Origin: a virus
Lineage: Duplodnaviria; Caudoviricetes
Strand: one strand, 5' to 3'
Virus record (IMG/VR): IMGVR_UViG_3300046048_000504
Coordinates: 1-38,467 of that record
DNA length: 38,467 nucleotides
A program made the position numbers and the translations under genes. How positions within the stretch are numbered: position 1 is the first letter of the stretch; the number at the start of each line of letters is the position of its first letter. A model generated the notes under the pieces. The model was not told the origin of the DNA. It made no database searches and saw nothing but the letters and a program-made list of their open reading frames with translations. Below are positions 1-7,133 of this stretch, piece by piece.

Positions 1-563
1 CCGATGGATCGGGGAATATCCTCTCCGCTCGGATCATAGTCTCCAAAATAAAGCAGGATCGGGAATTTACCTGCTGCTGATGCAATTCTCAAACGCTCAT
101 AGGTGTCGTTTAAAAATGTCAGAGATGGATAACCTTTACAGGCACCAAGGCCAACACCGTTTTTCCTGCATATGCTATCGAAAACACCTTGCAGGGCCTT
201 TTTCTCAATGAATACCTCCGGGTAATAGTCCTGATTTTCCCAGCGATTTTTGTAATACGATGTCATCCATGCCTCAACCTGTTCCTTTGCCTGTCGAATT
301 TTTGCGGAGAGGGAGGTTTTTCCTGCTTGTGTTTCTCCCAACATAGCCCGGTCATTATCTGAGAAAACGTCGAAATCGACCAAATTATCCCAACGGGCCT
401 GAGTCATGGCTGCAATTACTCTTTTATAGTGGACTGTGGTGTTGGTCATTCCACGGCTTACCAGCCGGTAATGTAGCCCTCTGAGGGTCAACACCCCTTT
501 TTCGTAATTTTGAACCTCGTCCAGAGCGTTCTCAATAATCCACTGTCTATTAAATATATCCAT
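1..563 (-). CDS. DNA topoisomerase VI subunit A-like (Mini-A-type) wHTH + TOPRIM protein, truncated at the window edge
   Basis: Hand translation from ATG at 563 is open to position 1: MDIFNRQWIIENALDEVQNYEKGVLTLRGLHYRLVSRG...RWENQDYYPEVFIEKKAL...ACKGYPSLTF...LLYFGDYDPSGEDIPRSI. It has an LTLRxLxY helix, an IEK glutamate and a GDxDPSG DxD motif. Not in the supplied ORF track. Confidence 0.8.
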   Translation of the reverse strand, partial: MDIFNRQWIIENALDEVQNYEKGVLTLRGLHYRLVSRGMTNTTVHYKRVIAAMTQARWDNLVDFDVFSDNDRAMLGETQAGKTSLSAKIRQAKEQVEAWMTSYYKNRWENQDYYPEVFIEKKALQGVFDSICRKNGVGLGACKGYPSLTFLNDTYERLRIASAAGKFPILLYFGDYDPSGEDIPRSI

Positions 564-578
564 ATTGGTTGGTTTTAT

Positions 579-598
579 GACCGGCCCGGAGGCCGGTC
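579..598 (-). other. GC-rich intergenic hairpin (8-bp stem, C-UCCG-G loop on the minus strand)
   Basis: GACCGGCC-CGGA-GGCCGGTC with no strong U-tract; the same core occurs at 37594-37607. Confidence 0.55.
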
Positions 599-606
599 TG
601 GTTAAC

Positions 607-1137
607 TTACTTGATTAAATACCTGTAATGTGGTCTCTGAACTGGTCCACTGGCCACAATCGTAAAGGCCCGAACCATTTTCTCCCCGTCAGTGATAGCG
701 GTCTCGATGTTTACTCCGATATGACTGGTTTTCATTTCCAGCCTCTCGGTGTTCAGCCCCTTTTTCTCCAGCCGAGCTGACAGCTTTTCAATCGACTGCT
801 CGTAATGCTCATTCGCAGCCTTTTTCATTTTCTCGACATAAGCCTCCCGGCCCATTCCCGCTATCCGGTAAGCGTCGTTTTTCTCCCGCTCATACTTAAC
901 AGCGGTCCGGCTGTTGTGGAACCCACGGGGAAAGGACCAGAACCCCTTGCTGCTCATATAACTGGCCTCAACCCAAACGGCCTCAACCCCGTAACGCTCG
1001 GCCCACTCTTTCGCAGACCAACTCTTTTTTTCGACAGCCCGCTCATACTCCCGGACGGCCCACTCTGCCATTTTCTCGACATACTGGACTCTCAGAGATT
1101 CGGTCTCGGACCTCAGTTTTTCTGTTAAAATGTTCAT
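607..1137 (-). CDS. hypothetical early phage protein (176 aa)
   Basis: Clean ORF directly downstream of promoter P1, with an A-rich leader. Confidence 0.8.
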   Translation of the reverse strand: MNILTEKLRSETESLRVQYVEKMAEWAVREYERAVEKKSWSAKEWAERYGVEAVWVEASYMSSKGFWSFPRGFHNSRTAVKYEREKNDAYRIAGMGREAYVEKMKKAANEHYEQSIEKLSARLEKKGLNTERLEMKTSHIGVNIETAITDGEKMVRAFTIVASGPVQRPHYRYLIK

Positions 1138-1150
1138 GGTGTTGGTTTTA

Positions 1151-1205
1151 GTTAACTCTCTATAACAAATGTACTAAATAGTATTTATTCTACCAAATAT
1201 TTTAG
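1151..1205 (-). promoter_or_regulatory. Bacteroidota-type promoter P1 with palindromic boxes
   Basis: Minus strand TTTG (1197-1194), 20-nt spacer, TACATTTG (1173-1166), matching the -33 TTTG / -7 TAnnTTTG consensus. Overlaps GTACTAAATAGTA and CCAAATATTTTAG. Confidence 0.85.
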
Positions 1206-1217
1206 ATGTTTTTTCAG

Positions 1218-1251
1218 AAAAAAAGAGGGAGGTCCACCACAGTCCTCCCTC
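1218..1251 (-). terminator. Rho-independent terminator
   Basis: GAGGGAGG/CCTCCCTC 8-bp stem followed by a T7 tract on the minus strand, just after the gene ending at 1271. Confidence 0.8.
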
Positions 1252-1270
1252 CGGTCAACCAAAAACCACC

Positions 1271-1918
1271 CTATTCAGCCTCTCCCAGCTCCATTTGAGC
1301 CTCTTTCAGCTCCACGTGTACGGGAGTAACACCACGGGCGATAAGTCTCTCCAGCTCCTCCTCTGTCTCGTCTCCTTTGACCACATATTCGATCCGGGTG
1401 GGTTTGAACACACAGAAAATGCCAGAAACGAACCCATCCTCGTCCGCAAAATCGCTGGCCGGTTCATAAATGGCCTTTCTATGAGCCAACAGGACCCATG
1501 TGGCAAACAGGTCGTCCCCGGTCCTGTCCAGCTCGAAATCGTTCGGAATTGCGCTGATCCTCCGGGAGATTCCCTGAGCATTGGATTCCCTCATGAAATC
1601 ATGCGGTGTTTTGTAGAACTTTTCACCGACCCACAGCAGACCGAACCGGTAATACTGGTTCTGAATGTTTCCCAGTGGGTGACACATATTGCAATCTGAT
1701 TTTGGACTCCGGCACTCAGCGTTCATAATCAGCTCAGAGGTTACCCATGTCCAGCCACGTGCGGGTTTAATGCCATGACCGCAACACGGACACACGGTTA
1801 ACGGTATCGGGAGTTTTCCACACTCTTTGAAATACTCTCCGCTCATGAGGTACAGACCTCCTTTTTTCCTGTAGCCACAACCCCGCTTGGAGTCATAGAC
1901 TGTTGTTACATAATTCAT
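1271..1918 (-). CDS. Cys-rich hypothetical protein (probable zinc-binding)
   Basis: Contains RGCGYRKKGGLYL, CPCCG and CxxCHP. The start MNYVTT at 1918 is preferred because the 1993 start overlaps the upstream gene. Confidence 0.75.
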   Translation of the reverse strand: MNYVTTVYDSKRGCGYRKKGGLYLMSGEYFKECGKLPIPLTVCPCCGHGIKPARGWTWVTSELIMNAECRSPKSDCNMCHPLGNIQNQYYRFGLLWVGEKFYKTPHDFMRESNAQGISRRISAIPNDFELDRTGDDLFATWVLLAHRKAIYEPASDFADEDGFVSGIFCVFKPTRIEYVVKGDETEEELERLIARGVTPVHVELKEAQMELGEAE

Positions 1919-1935
1919 CGGTATGATTTTTAAGG

Positions 1936-2499
1936 TTAAACTTTCTCTTTTTTCACAATAAACCACTTTCCTAATCCCATGCAATCGAAACACACTCCCT
2001 CAGCCACATGAGCAAATCCGGGAATATAGCCGGTCCCATTGCATTTCCCACAGCACTCAACCTCAACCAGCTCCTCGCTGATCAGTTTCCCAGCGTTCAC
2101 ACACAGCTCAGACCAGTTGGTGTCGTTCACAATTTGGGTGGTCACCCGGAACTCCTCAACCCATTCTCCGGTTTCTAAATCTTTTTGCTTACAAGCCCAC
2201 TTGTCACCGACATCTCGGTAATTCTCAGGATTCGCCTGAATTTCTGCAAGGGTTCTGGTCCGGTTGTTTGTGACATAGGCCCTTTTGAATCCGAACGACC
2301 TACCATTCCGGCCAATCGAACACTTGAACATTTTCCCATCCTTAGCGGTAAACGCATGAAAGGGTTTGTCCGCTATGTGGATTTCAAAGGTGATCCCTTT
2401 CTCGAAAACCTCGTCCAGCCTCCTTTTAAAATGGTTGGTGCGGGACAGCTCAGGGAACAGCTCTTTCAGCTCTTTGGTGGATTTCACTTCTTTTTTCAT
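1936..2499 (-). CDS. hypothetical protein with C-terminal DnaJ-like zinc finger
   Basis: C-terminal CGKCNGTG...CFDCMGLG (two CxxCxGxG motifs). Confidence 0.75.
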   Translation of the reverse strand: MKKEVKSTKELKELFPELSRTNHFKRRLDEVFEKGITFEIHIADKPFHAFTAKDGKMFKCSIGRNGRSFGFKRAYVTNNRTRTLAEIQANPENYRDVGDKWACKQKDLETGEWVEEFRVTTQIVNDTNWSELCVNAGKLISEELVEVECCGKCNGTGYIPGFAHVAEGVCFDCMGLGKWFIVKKEKV

Positions 2500-2510
2500 G
2501 GTTTCCGGTT

Positions 2511-2936
2511 TTAAGCCTCGAACATTCTCTCAGGCATATTCAAACTATCGAACTCAGCCCGGTAAAAACGGTTTCTCTCCATTTCCCACTTCCACTCCTC
2601 AACATGGTTCAGGGAGAAATTTTTGCTGACCCAGTCTTTCAGGAACCTCTCGGTCTGGTCACTGGCATTTCTGGTATGGGTCAAATACTTGGTCTGAGGT
2701 ATGTCGTCCCGTCTGTTGGATATTTCATAGATGTCGTTCATCCCATCGAAATGGCCATACTCATATTTCCAAGTAAGTTCCTTGACCCGGTCCAAGGTTG
2801 GTCCGTCGGTCCATTCAACCCGAACAGCGTCTCCCATACTGAAATTCTCAGAGGTAACACTGAACTTGACAGTCGGGAAAGCCTTTTTCAACTCGGTCCG
2901 AACTGCTTTGGCGCAAAATGCTGCTGTTGTTCTCAT
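2511..2936 (-). CDS. LPD29-like (large polyvalent protein-associated domain 29) protein
   Basis: AKAVRTELKKAFPTVKFSVTS...VRVEWTDGPT...YGHFDGMNDIYE resembles the LPD29 family signature. Confidence 0.7.
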   Translation of the reverse strand: MRTTAAFCAKAVRTELKKAFPTVKFSVTSENFSMGDAVRVEWTDGPTLDRVKELTWKYEYGHFDGMNDIYEISNRRDDIPQTKYLTHTRNASDQTERFLKDWVSKNFSLNHVEEWKWEMERNRFYRAEFDSLNMPERMFEA

Positions 2937-2950
2937 GATCTGTGGTTTTG

Positions 2951-3005
2951 GTTAACTCTCTATAACAAATGTACTAAATAGTATTTAAACCACCAAATGT
3001 TTTGG
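2951..3005 (-). promoter_or_regulatory. Bacteroidota-type promoter P2, repeat of P1
   Basis: 2951-2987 is identical to 1151-1187. TTTG (2997-2994)-N20-TACATTTG (2973-2966); CCAAATGTTTTGG at 2993-3005. Confidence 0.85.
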
Positions 3006-3019
3006 ACATTATTTTCCAA

Positions 3020-3217
3020 TTATTTTCGCATTGGTTCAAATCCCAGTGGTTCGTGAATGACTCCCTCTGCAGCCCTGCTGCTGAGTTTGCCGTCTTTTCC
3101 GTACATGATCCGGAGGTTTCCCCTTTCATCCGGAGTCAGGGATTTTACATAGCCGTATTTATACCGGCCCGTCTCGATCCGGATTTTAACCGGAATTGTG
3201 TAATCTGTTCGTGCCAT
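3020..3217 (-). CDS. small hypothetical protein (65 aa)
   Basis: Tightly packed in the early cassette. Confidence 0.65.
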   Translation of the reverse strand: MARTDYTIPVKIRIETGRYKYGYVKSLTPDERGNLRIMYGKDGKLSSRAAEGVIHEPLGFEPMRK

Positions 3218-3218
3218 T

Positions 3219-3419
3219 TTATGAGAGGTTAAGGAATTTGTTGATCATTTCGGTAATCTCTGTATTACAGTTCACACAGAGGTCTGCTTTGATCTGCATT
3301 TCATGTTTGTAATGGTGACGGTCCATGAGTCCCATCCAGCGAAAGCCTCGAACGCTCCCGTCCTTTGCAAAATTCCCGTCCGTTGCTCCGCATCTGTCGC
3401 ATACTTTAATTGTTGCCAT
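3219..3419 (-). CDS. small zinc-finger-like protein (66 aa)
   Basis: CDRC...DLCVNC, two CxxC motifs. Confidence 0.7.
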   Translation of the reverse strand: MATIKVCDRCGATDGNFAKDGSVRGFRWMGLMDRHHYKHEMQIKADLCVNCNTEITEMINKFLNLS

Positions 3420-3422
3420 GGT

Positions 3423-3563
3423 TTATAGGTTTACTTTGATTTTGTGAATCATGTCTCTGTTCATCGAAATGACGATAGCAGCTCGTCGATAGGGAGTTAA
3501 TTGAGTGTCGGTCAACACACCGTTAATGGTGCGTAAATACTGAATCATGTCTTTCTCTGTCAT
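3423..3563 (-). CDS. small hypothetical protein (46 aa)
   Basis: Hand-translated MTEKDMIQYLRTINGVLTDTQLTPYRRAAIVISMNRDMIHKIKVNL. Fills the gap between neighbours and has an AAAAACCACC leader. Confidence 0.6.
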   Translation of the reverse strand: MTEKDMIQYLRTINGVLTDTQLTPYRRAAIVISMNRDMIHKIKVNL

Positions 3564-3574
3564 GGTGGTTTTTG

Positions 3575-3787
3575 TTAATTCCAAACGTTAAACATATTTT
3601 CATAATAAGTCTCTCCATTTATGGTCACGGGAGAGGACCCCAGATAAACCAGATTAGAACCCCAGCTCTCGCATTTCTCTCTCGCTGCCTCAGCAGCAGC
3701 CTCTCTGGTTTTGTAATAGGTCCAGTTGAAAGTGTCTCCTCCTCTGTGGAAGGTAACTTCGGTTTCGGTTTCGTGAACTTTTTTCAT
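3575..3787 (-). CDS. small hypothetical protein (70 aa)
   Basis: Clean ORF in the early cassette. Confidence 0.7.
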   Translation of the reverse strand: MKKVHETETEVTFHRGGDTFNWTYYKTREAAAEAAREKCESWGSNLVYLGSSPVTINGETYYENMFNVWN

Positions 3788-3870
3788 ATCGGTAAATTTG
3801 AAACAATGGTTATTAATACCCTCAGAAACAACTCCGAGTGGGAAAGGATCGTGGCAGCTAAATCGCTCAT
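3784..3870 (-). CDS. 28-aa peptide, first ORF after promoter P3
   Basis: MSDLAATILSHSELFLRVLITIVSNLPI; its stop overlaps the next start (ATGA) and the leader is like those of neighbouring genes. Confidence 0.45.
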   Translation of the reverse strand: MSDLAATILSHSELFLRVLITIVSNLPI

Positions 3871-3885
3871 GGTGGTGGTTGGTTG

Positions 3886-3940
3886 GTTAACTTTCTATAG
3901 TAAATGTACTAAATAGTACGTTACCGTCCAAATATTTTGG
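3886..3940 (-). promoter_or_regulatory. promoter P3, third copy of the cassette repeat
   Basis: TTTG (3932-3929)-N20-TACATTTA (3908-3901); palindrome GTACTA-AA-TAGTAC at 3906-3919; CCAAATATTTTGG at 3928-3940. Confidence 0.75.
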
Positions 3941-3984
3941 TAGATATTTTTCTAATTATATTGGAATTTGGAGAGATTCTAAAT

Positions 3985-4013
3985 AAAAAAGGTCCCGGTA
4001 ACCAGCCGGGACC
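3985..4013 (-). terminator. Rho-independent terminator ending the late operon
   Basis: GGTCCCGG/CCGGGACC stem followed by T6 on the minus strand. Confidence 0.8.
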
Positions 4014-4081
4014 CGTACAGAAAGTTAACCTCAAAACGTCACCGAGAAATGGAACGTATTTGGATAGACTGTAAATATATG

Positions 4082-4705
4082 CTATTTCCGTTTATAAATC
4101 AAGTACGAATAACTCAGCATCCAATTATTCGTCCCTCCAAACCTTAAATATTCCACTCCATACAGGCTCCGGCCCTTTGAGTAACCAGCTCCCACACTGT
4201 ATGCGAAAGCCGATCCTCCTCCGACCCCTCCGGATAACCGGAAACCGTCGTAATATGTTGGAACGGGTTTGTCAACAAAAACAGGGACCTCCTTTATTAC
4301 CTCCTCCTTTATCGTTACCTCTTTCGGTACGAACAGACGGTAACCCATTTTTCTCCACATCACTTTTCCATTTATCGAGTCGAGCAAGTAAAAGGCCAGC
4401 TCCTCATTCACCAGAGAATCACGGTAAAGGTAGGTCCCTGCATAATCGACTACGGCAGCAGGTTCATGGACAATTCGTTCATACCATTTAACCTCCGGAT
4501 CAGGCCGAATAATAACCGTGTCCCGGATGGTGTCAGGTGTAATTGCGAGGATGCTGTCAGCCTTGTCACGATAAGACTGGAACTCTGCAGTGATCCGGTC
4601 CACATCCTTGCTGCCGGTTTTGCGACCATAATCAAAAACGAGAAACATCAGGACGACCAGTGCGACCGTCCCAATGCTCACAACAATTTTTCCCCACGTT
4701 TTCAT
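4082..4705 (-). CDS. membrane-anchored lysis accessory protein (spanin-like candidate)
   Basis: N-terminal TM helix, short coiled region, TIRDTVII motif and C-terminal amphipathic Gly/aromatic beta strands; last gene of the lysis cassette. Confidence 0.55.
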   Translation of the reverse strand: MKTWGKIVVSIGTVALVVLMFLVFDYGRKTGSKDVDRITAEFQSYRDKADSILAITPDTIRDTVIIRPDPEVKWYERIVHEPAAVVDYAGTYLYRDSLVNEELAFYLLDSINGKVMWRKMGYRLFVPKEVTIKEEVIKEVPVFVDKPVPTYYDGFRLSGGVGGGSAFAYSVGAGYSKGRSLYGVEYLRFGGTNNWMLSYSYLIYKRK

Positions 4706-5160
4706 TATGCGGGTGCTGGGTCCTTTGGTTTAAGCCTCAACCATTTCAGTAATGCCTTAATCTCAGGCTGATCATAGAACCCGTTTGCTATCAATCCGGC
4801 ACCCACACCATTTAACCCTGCTGTCAGTAATGGAGCCTCAGCTAAATATCCAAAGTTAAGCAGGTCCGAACCAATACACAGAATGACGGCTATAACGATT
4901 GCAACACCCTGTCTCCACCTTTTTGTTACCGTCTTAAACACATAGGTCAGTAGTAAGCCGGTTAAAAAGAGAGTTAGTCCTGCAACTGCGCCAACATCGA
5001 CAAACCACTGGTTATAATTGATCAGATCGGTCAGCCCTCCCGGAACTGGGACCGTCGGGTCAACAATAAGGGTGTCCTGTCCGAGCAACAGCAAAGGGAC
5101 AGTCAAAATCGAAATAACAATTCCGATCAGCATTAAACGAACAATTTTTCCTTTTTTCAT
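4705..5160 (-). CDS. multi-TM putative holin
   Basis: Signal-like N-terminus, three further hydrophobic segments and a basic C-terminus; located near the endolysin. Confidence 0.55.
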   Translation of the reverse strand: MKKGKIVRLMLIGIVISILTVPLLLLGQDTLIVDPTVPVPGGLTDLINYNQWFVDVGAVAGLTLFLTGLLLTYVFKTVTKRWRQGVAIVIAVILCIGSDLLNFGYLAEAPLLTAGLNGVGAGLIANGFYDQPEIKALLKWLRLKPKDPAPA

Positions 5161-5189
5161 AATGTAAATATTTGGTTAAACATAAGAGG

Positions 5190-5732
5190 TCAATCTGTAT
5201 TAGCCCACCACCAATCAATGTCCGTTATATCGTCCGGAATTGGGATGGTATTCTGAAATATTTTCACAGTGTCAACCACCCAAATTACCTCCATTGAATC
5301 AATCACAAATATTTGGGTGTCACCTGCATATTTGGCATTGTAATCAGCAAACTTTATTTGGGTGTGTCCATAAAATGTCCGGTACATATCCATAATCTCC
5401 TGTTCTGTATATCCCTGCCAGTCAGGATTCAGCATGATTGTTGGTGCAAGGGTGTCCAGCATTACCACATCGAAAACCACCGATGAAAAATTACCTGCGA
5501 CATCATAGGCAACCATTTCAACAATTGTCGATTGATCTATTTCAACCCCCGGTGCAGGTATCTGAGTAAGACTTGCGATTTCACAATTATCAACAGCAAC
5601 CACCAGATATTTATAATCCGGCAGAATCCCAACACAATTTGAATCCACGTAAACATATTGAGGAGGTATCTGAGCTATACACCCACACCCGTACAGGATA
5701 GCAGTAAACAAAAACAACAATATTTTTTTCAT
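5190..5732 (-). CDS. putative lipoprotein with HYR-like domain
   Basis: MKKILLFLFTAILYGC lipoprotein-type signal; VDNC...LTQIPAPG...VAYDVAGNFSSVVFDVVMLDTLAPTI matches the HYR repeat pattern. Confidence 0.65.
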   Translation of the reverse strand: MKKILLFLFTAILYGCGCIAQIPPQYVYVDSNCVGILPDYKYLVVAVDNCEIASLTQIPAPGVEIDQSTIVEMVAYDVAGNFSSVVFDVVMLDTLAPTIMLNPDWQGYTEQEIMDMYRTFYGHTQIKFADYNAKYAGDTQIFVIDSMEVIWVVDTVKIFQNTIPIPDDITDIDWWWANTD

Positions 5733-5734
5733 AA

Positions 5735-6358
5735 TTATGAGTTTAAATTAAACAAATATTGTTTAATCGCTGATACGTGTGCGACAGCGATTTGGCTCCT
5801 TATTTCGGGTGTCATCATTAATTGACATTGGTCGAAGTTAGTATAAAATCCGTTCTCAGTCAATACTGCAACCATATCAGTATATTTCAGGATAGCTATT
5901 TTGTAAATGGTGATCGTTTTCTCCTGAGCTGTCCCCTGATTGATTTTGATTTTTTGATAGGCCCTCCGGACTCCCCGATCCTTCCATCCCAGTTGTGAAA
6001 CCAGCTCGTCCTGAAAATACTGAGCCAATTTTCCACCCGCAAGGCTGTAATGGAATGTCTCGATCCCGTGTGGTCCGTTGTTCATGTTCGGAGCTGCGTT
6101 CCCATGTACGGAAACCAGAAAGCACTCCTCTGCAGCAAATATCTCATTTGCCCGGTCCACCCTTTCCTTGATCGGAATGTCATTCAGCTCCGGGACCAAA
6201 ATCTCTGTCTCGTATTGCTCTGCAGTCAGCAGCTCATTTATCTGCTGAACAACATCCCTATTGAACTCATACTCAAACAGCTTTTCCCCATGGCTCCAGC
6301 TCGGAGATTGTTTTCCACTTGTGTCATGGCCGTGGCCATTATCCAGTATGATTTTCAT
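5735..6358 (-). CDS. endolysin, N-acetylmuramoyl-L-alanine amidase (Amidase_3)
   Basis: IILDNGHG, EYEFN, SVHGNA and LTENGF zinc-binding/catalytic motifs. Confidence 0.92.
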   Translation of the reverse strand: MKIILDNGHGHDTSGKQSPSWSHGEKLFEYEFNRDVVQQINELLTAEQYETEILVPELNDIPIKERVDRANEIFAAEECFLVSVHGNAAPNMNNGPHGIETFHYSLAGGKLAQYFQDELVSQLGWKDRGVRRAYQKIKINQGTAQEKTITIYKIAILKYTDMVAVLTENGFYTNFDQCQLMMTPEIRSQIAVAHVSAIKQYLFNLNS

Positions 6359-6753
6359 GATCCCGGTATTGGCCCGTGAAATATTGAACTCCAGTTAGAA
6401 AGCAATAGCGACCAGATTGCCGTCAAAGCTCCACCGACCACTATCCAAATAATAGCGTCACGTATTACTATTCTCTCTTTCCACAGCTCAATCATATCAC
6501 AGAATTTCTCAATGACACCCAATCGTTTAACAATTCCTCCACCATGTCCGTTCGTGGTTGACTTATCGTATTCAGTTCCCATCAGAGCCGTGTGAATCTC
6601 ACCGGTACGTATCAGAATTTTATCCTGATCTGTACGCATATCCTTTTGCCACTGTTCCATCTCGATCGTTTTCGCTCGAATTTCGGCAATGGCCTGTTGA
6701 TTTTGTTTGGCAAGGCTTTCAATCTCCTCAATGTATTTAGGTTTGTTTCCCAT
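6355..6753 (-). CDS. coiled-coil protein with C-terminal TM helix (holin/antiholin-like)
   Basis: Heptad-rich N-terminus and TM AIIWIVVGGALTAIWSLLL; overlaps the endolysin start. Confidence 0.55.
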   Translation of the reverse strand: MGNKPKYIEEIESLAKQNQQAIAEIRAKTIEMEQWQKDMRTDQDKILIRTGEIHTALMGTEYDKSTTNGHGGGIVKRLGVIEKFCDMIELWKERIVIRDAIIWIVVGGALTAIWSLLLSNWSSIFHGPIPGS

Positions 6754-6769
6754 GGCTTTTTAGAGTTTT

Positions 6770-7129
6770 TTAAGCTATATCCTTTTCCAGTACCTCTACC
6801 ACCGGCAAAATTCCCTGCTTTGGTGTTTTCACCACTGTATTGTCGAGTGTTGTATAGATTTTAAATTGAACATAATAATCCATGATCCTGAGCTGTAGAC
6901 TCTGGACGTGTGTCAGGTTTACATTTCCGACACCGTTCGACTGATCGGTCCACGTCCCGGTCAACACAAAAATGTCTGGAGCCGTCTCCTCCATTCGTTC
7001 CTTGATATGACACTTTAAGGTCATGTCAGTCGCATCATAAGGAACGGTTTTTTTGAGGTCGGAGTACAGGTAAATGGTGGGGTTCCAAGTGTCCCCTCTT
7101 TTCAGTTCGTCAAATTTTTCAAGTGCCAT
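6770..7129 (-). CDS. BppU N-terminal-like adaptor protein
   Basis: KRGDTW...PYDATDMTL...GVGNVNLTHVQS...YYVQFKI...G pattern typical of BppU-like Ig adaptors. Confidence 0.6.
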   Translation of the reverse strand: MALEKFDELKRGDTWNPTIYLYSDLKKTVPYDATDMTLKCHIKERMEETAPDIFVLTGTWTDQSNGVGNVNLTHVQSLQLRIMDYYVQFKIYTTLDNTVVKTPKQGILPVVEVLEKDIA

Positions 7130-7133
7130 ATCA

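Noticed and set aside
1919-1993. Longer start for the 1271 ORF
   Set aside because: It overlaps the upstream gene by about 58 nt; the ATG at 1918 has a typical A-rich leader.
1151-3919. 37-bp repeats as a CRISPR array
   Set aside because: The copies are 0.9-1.8 kb apart with genes between them, and they match promoter consensus.
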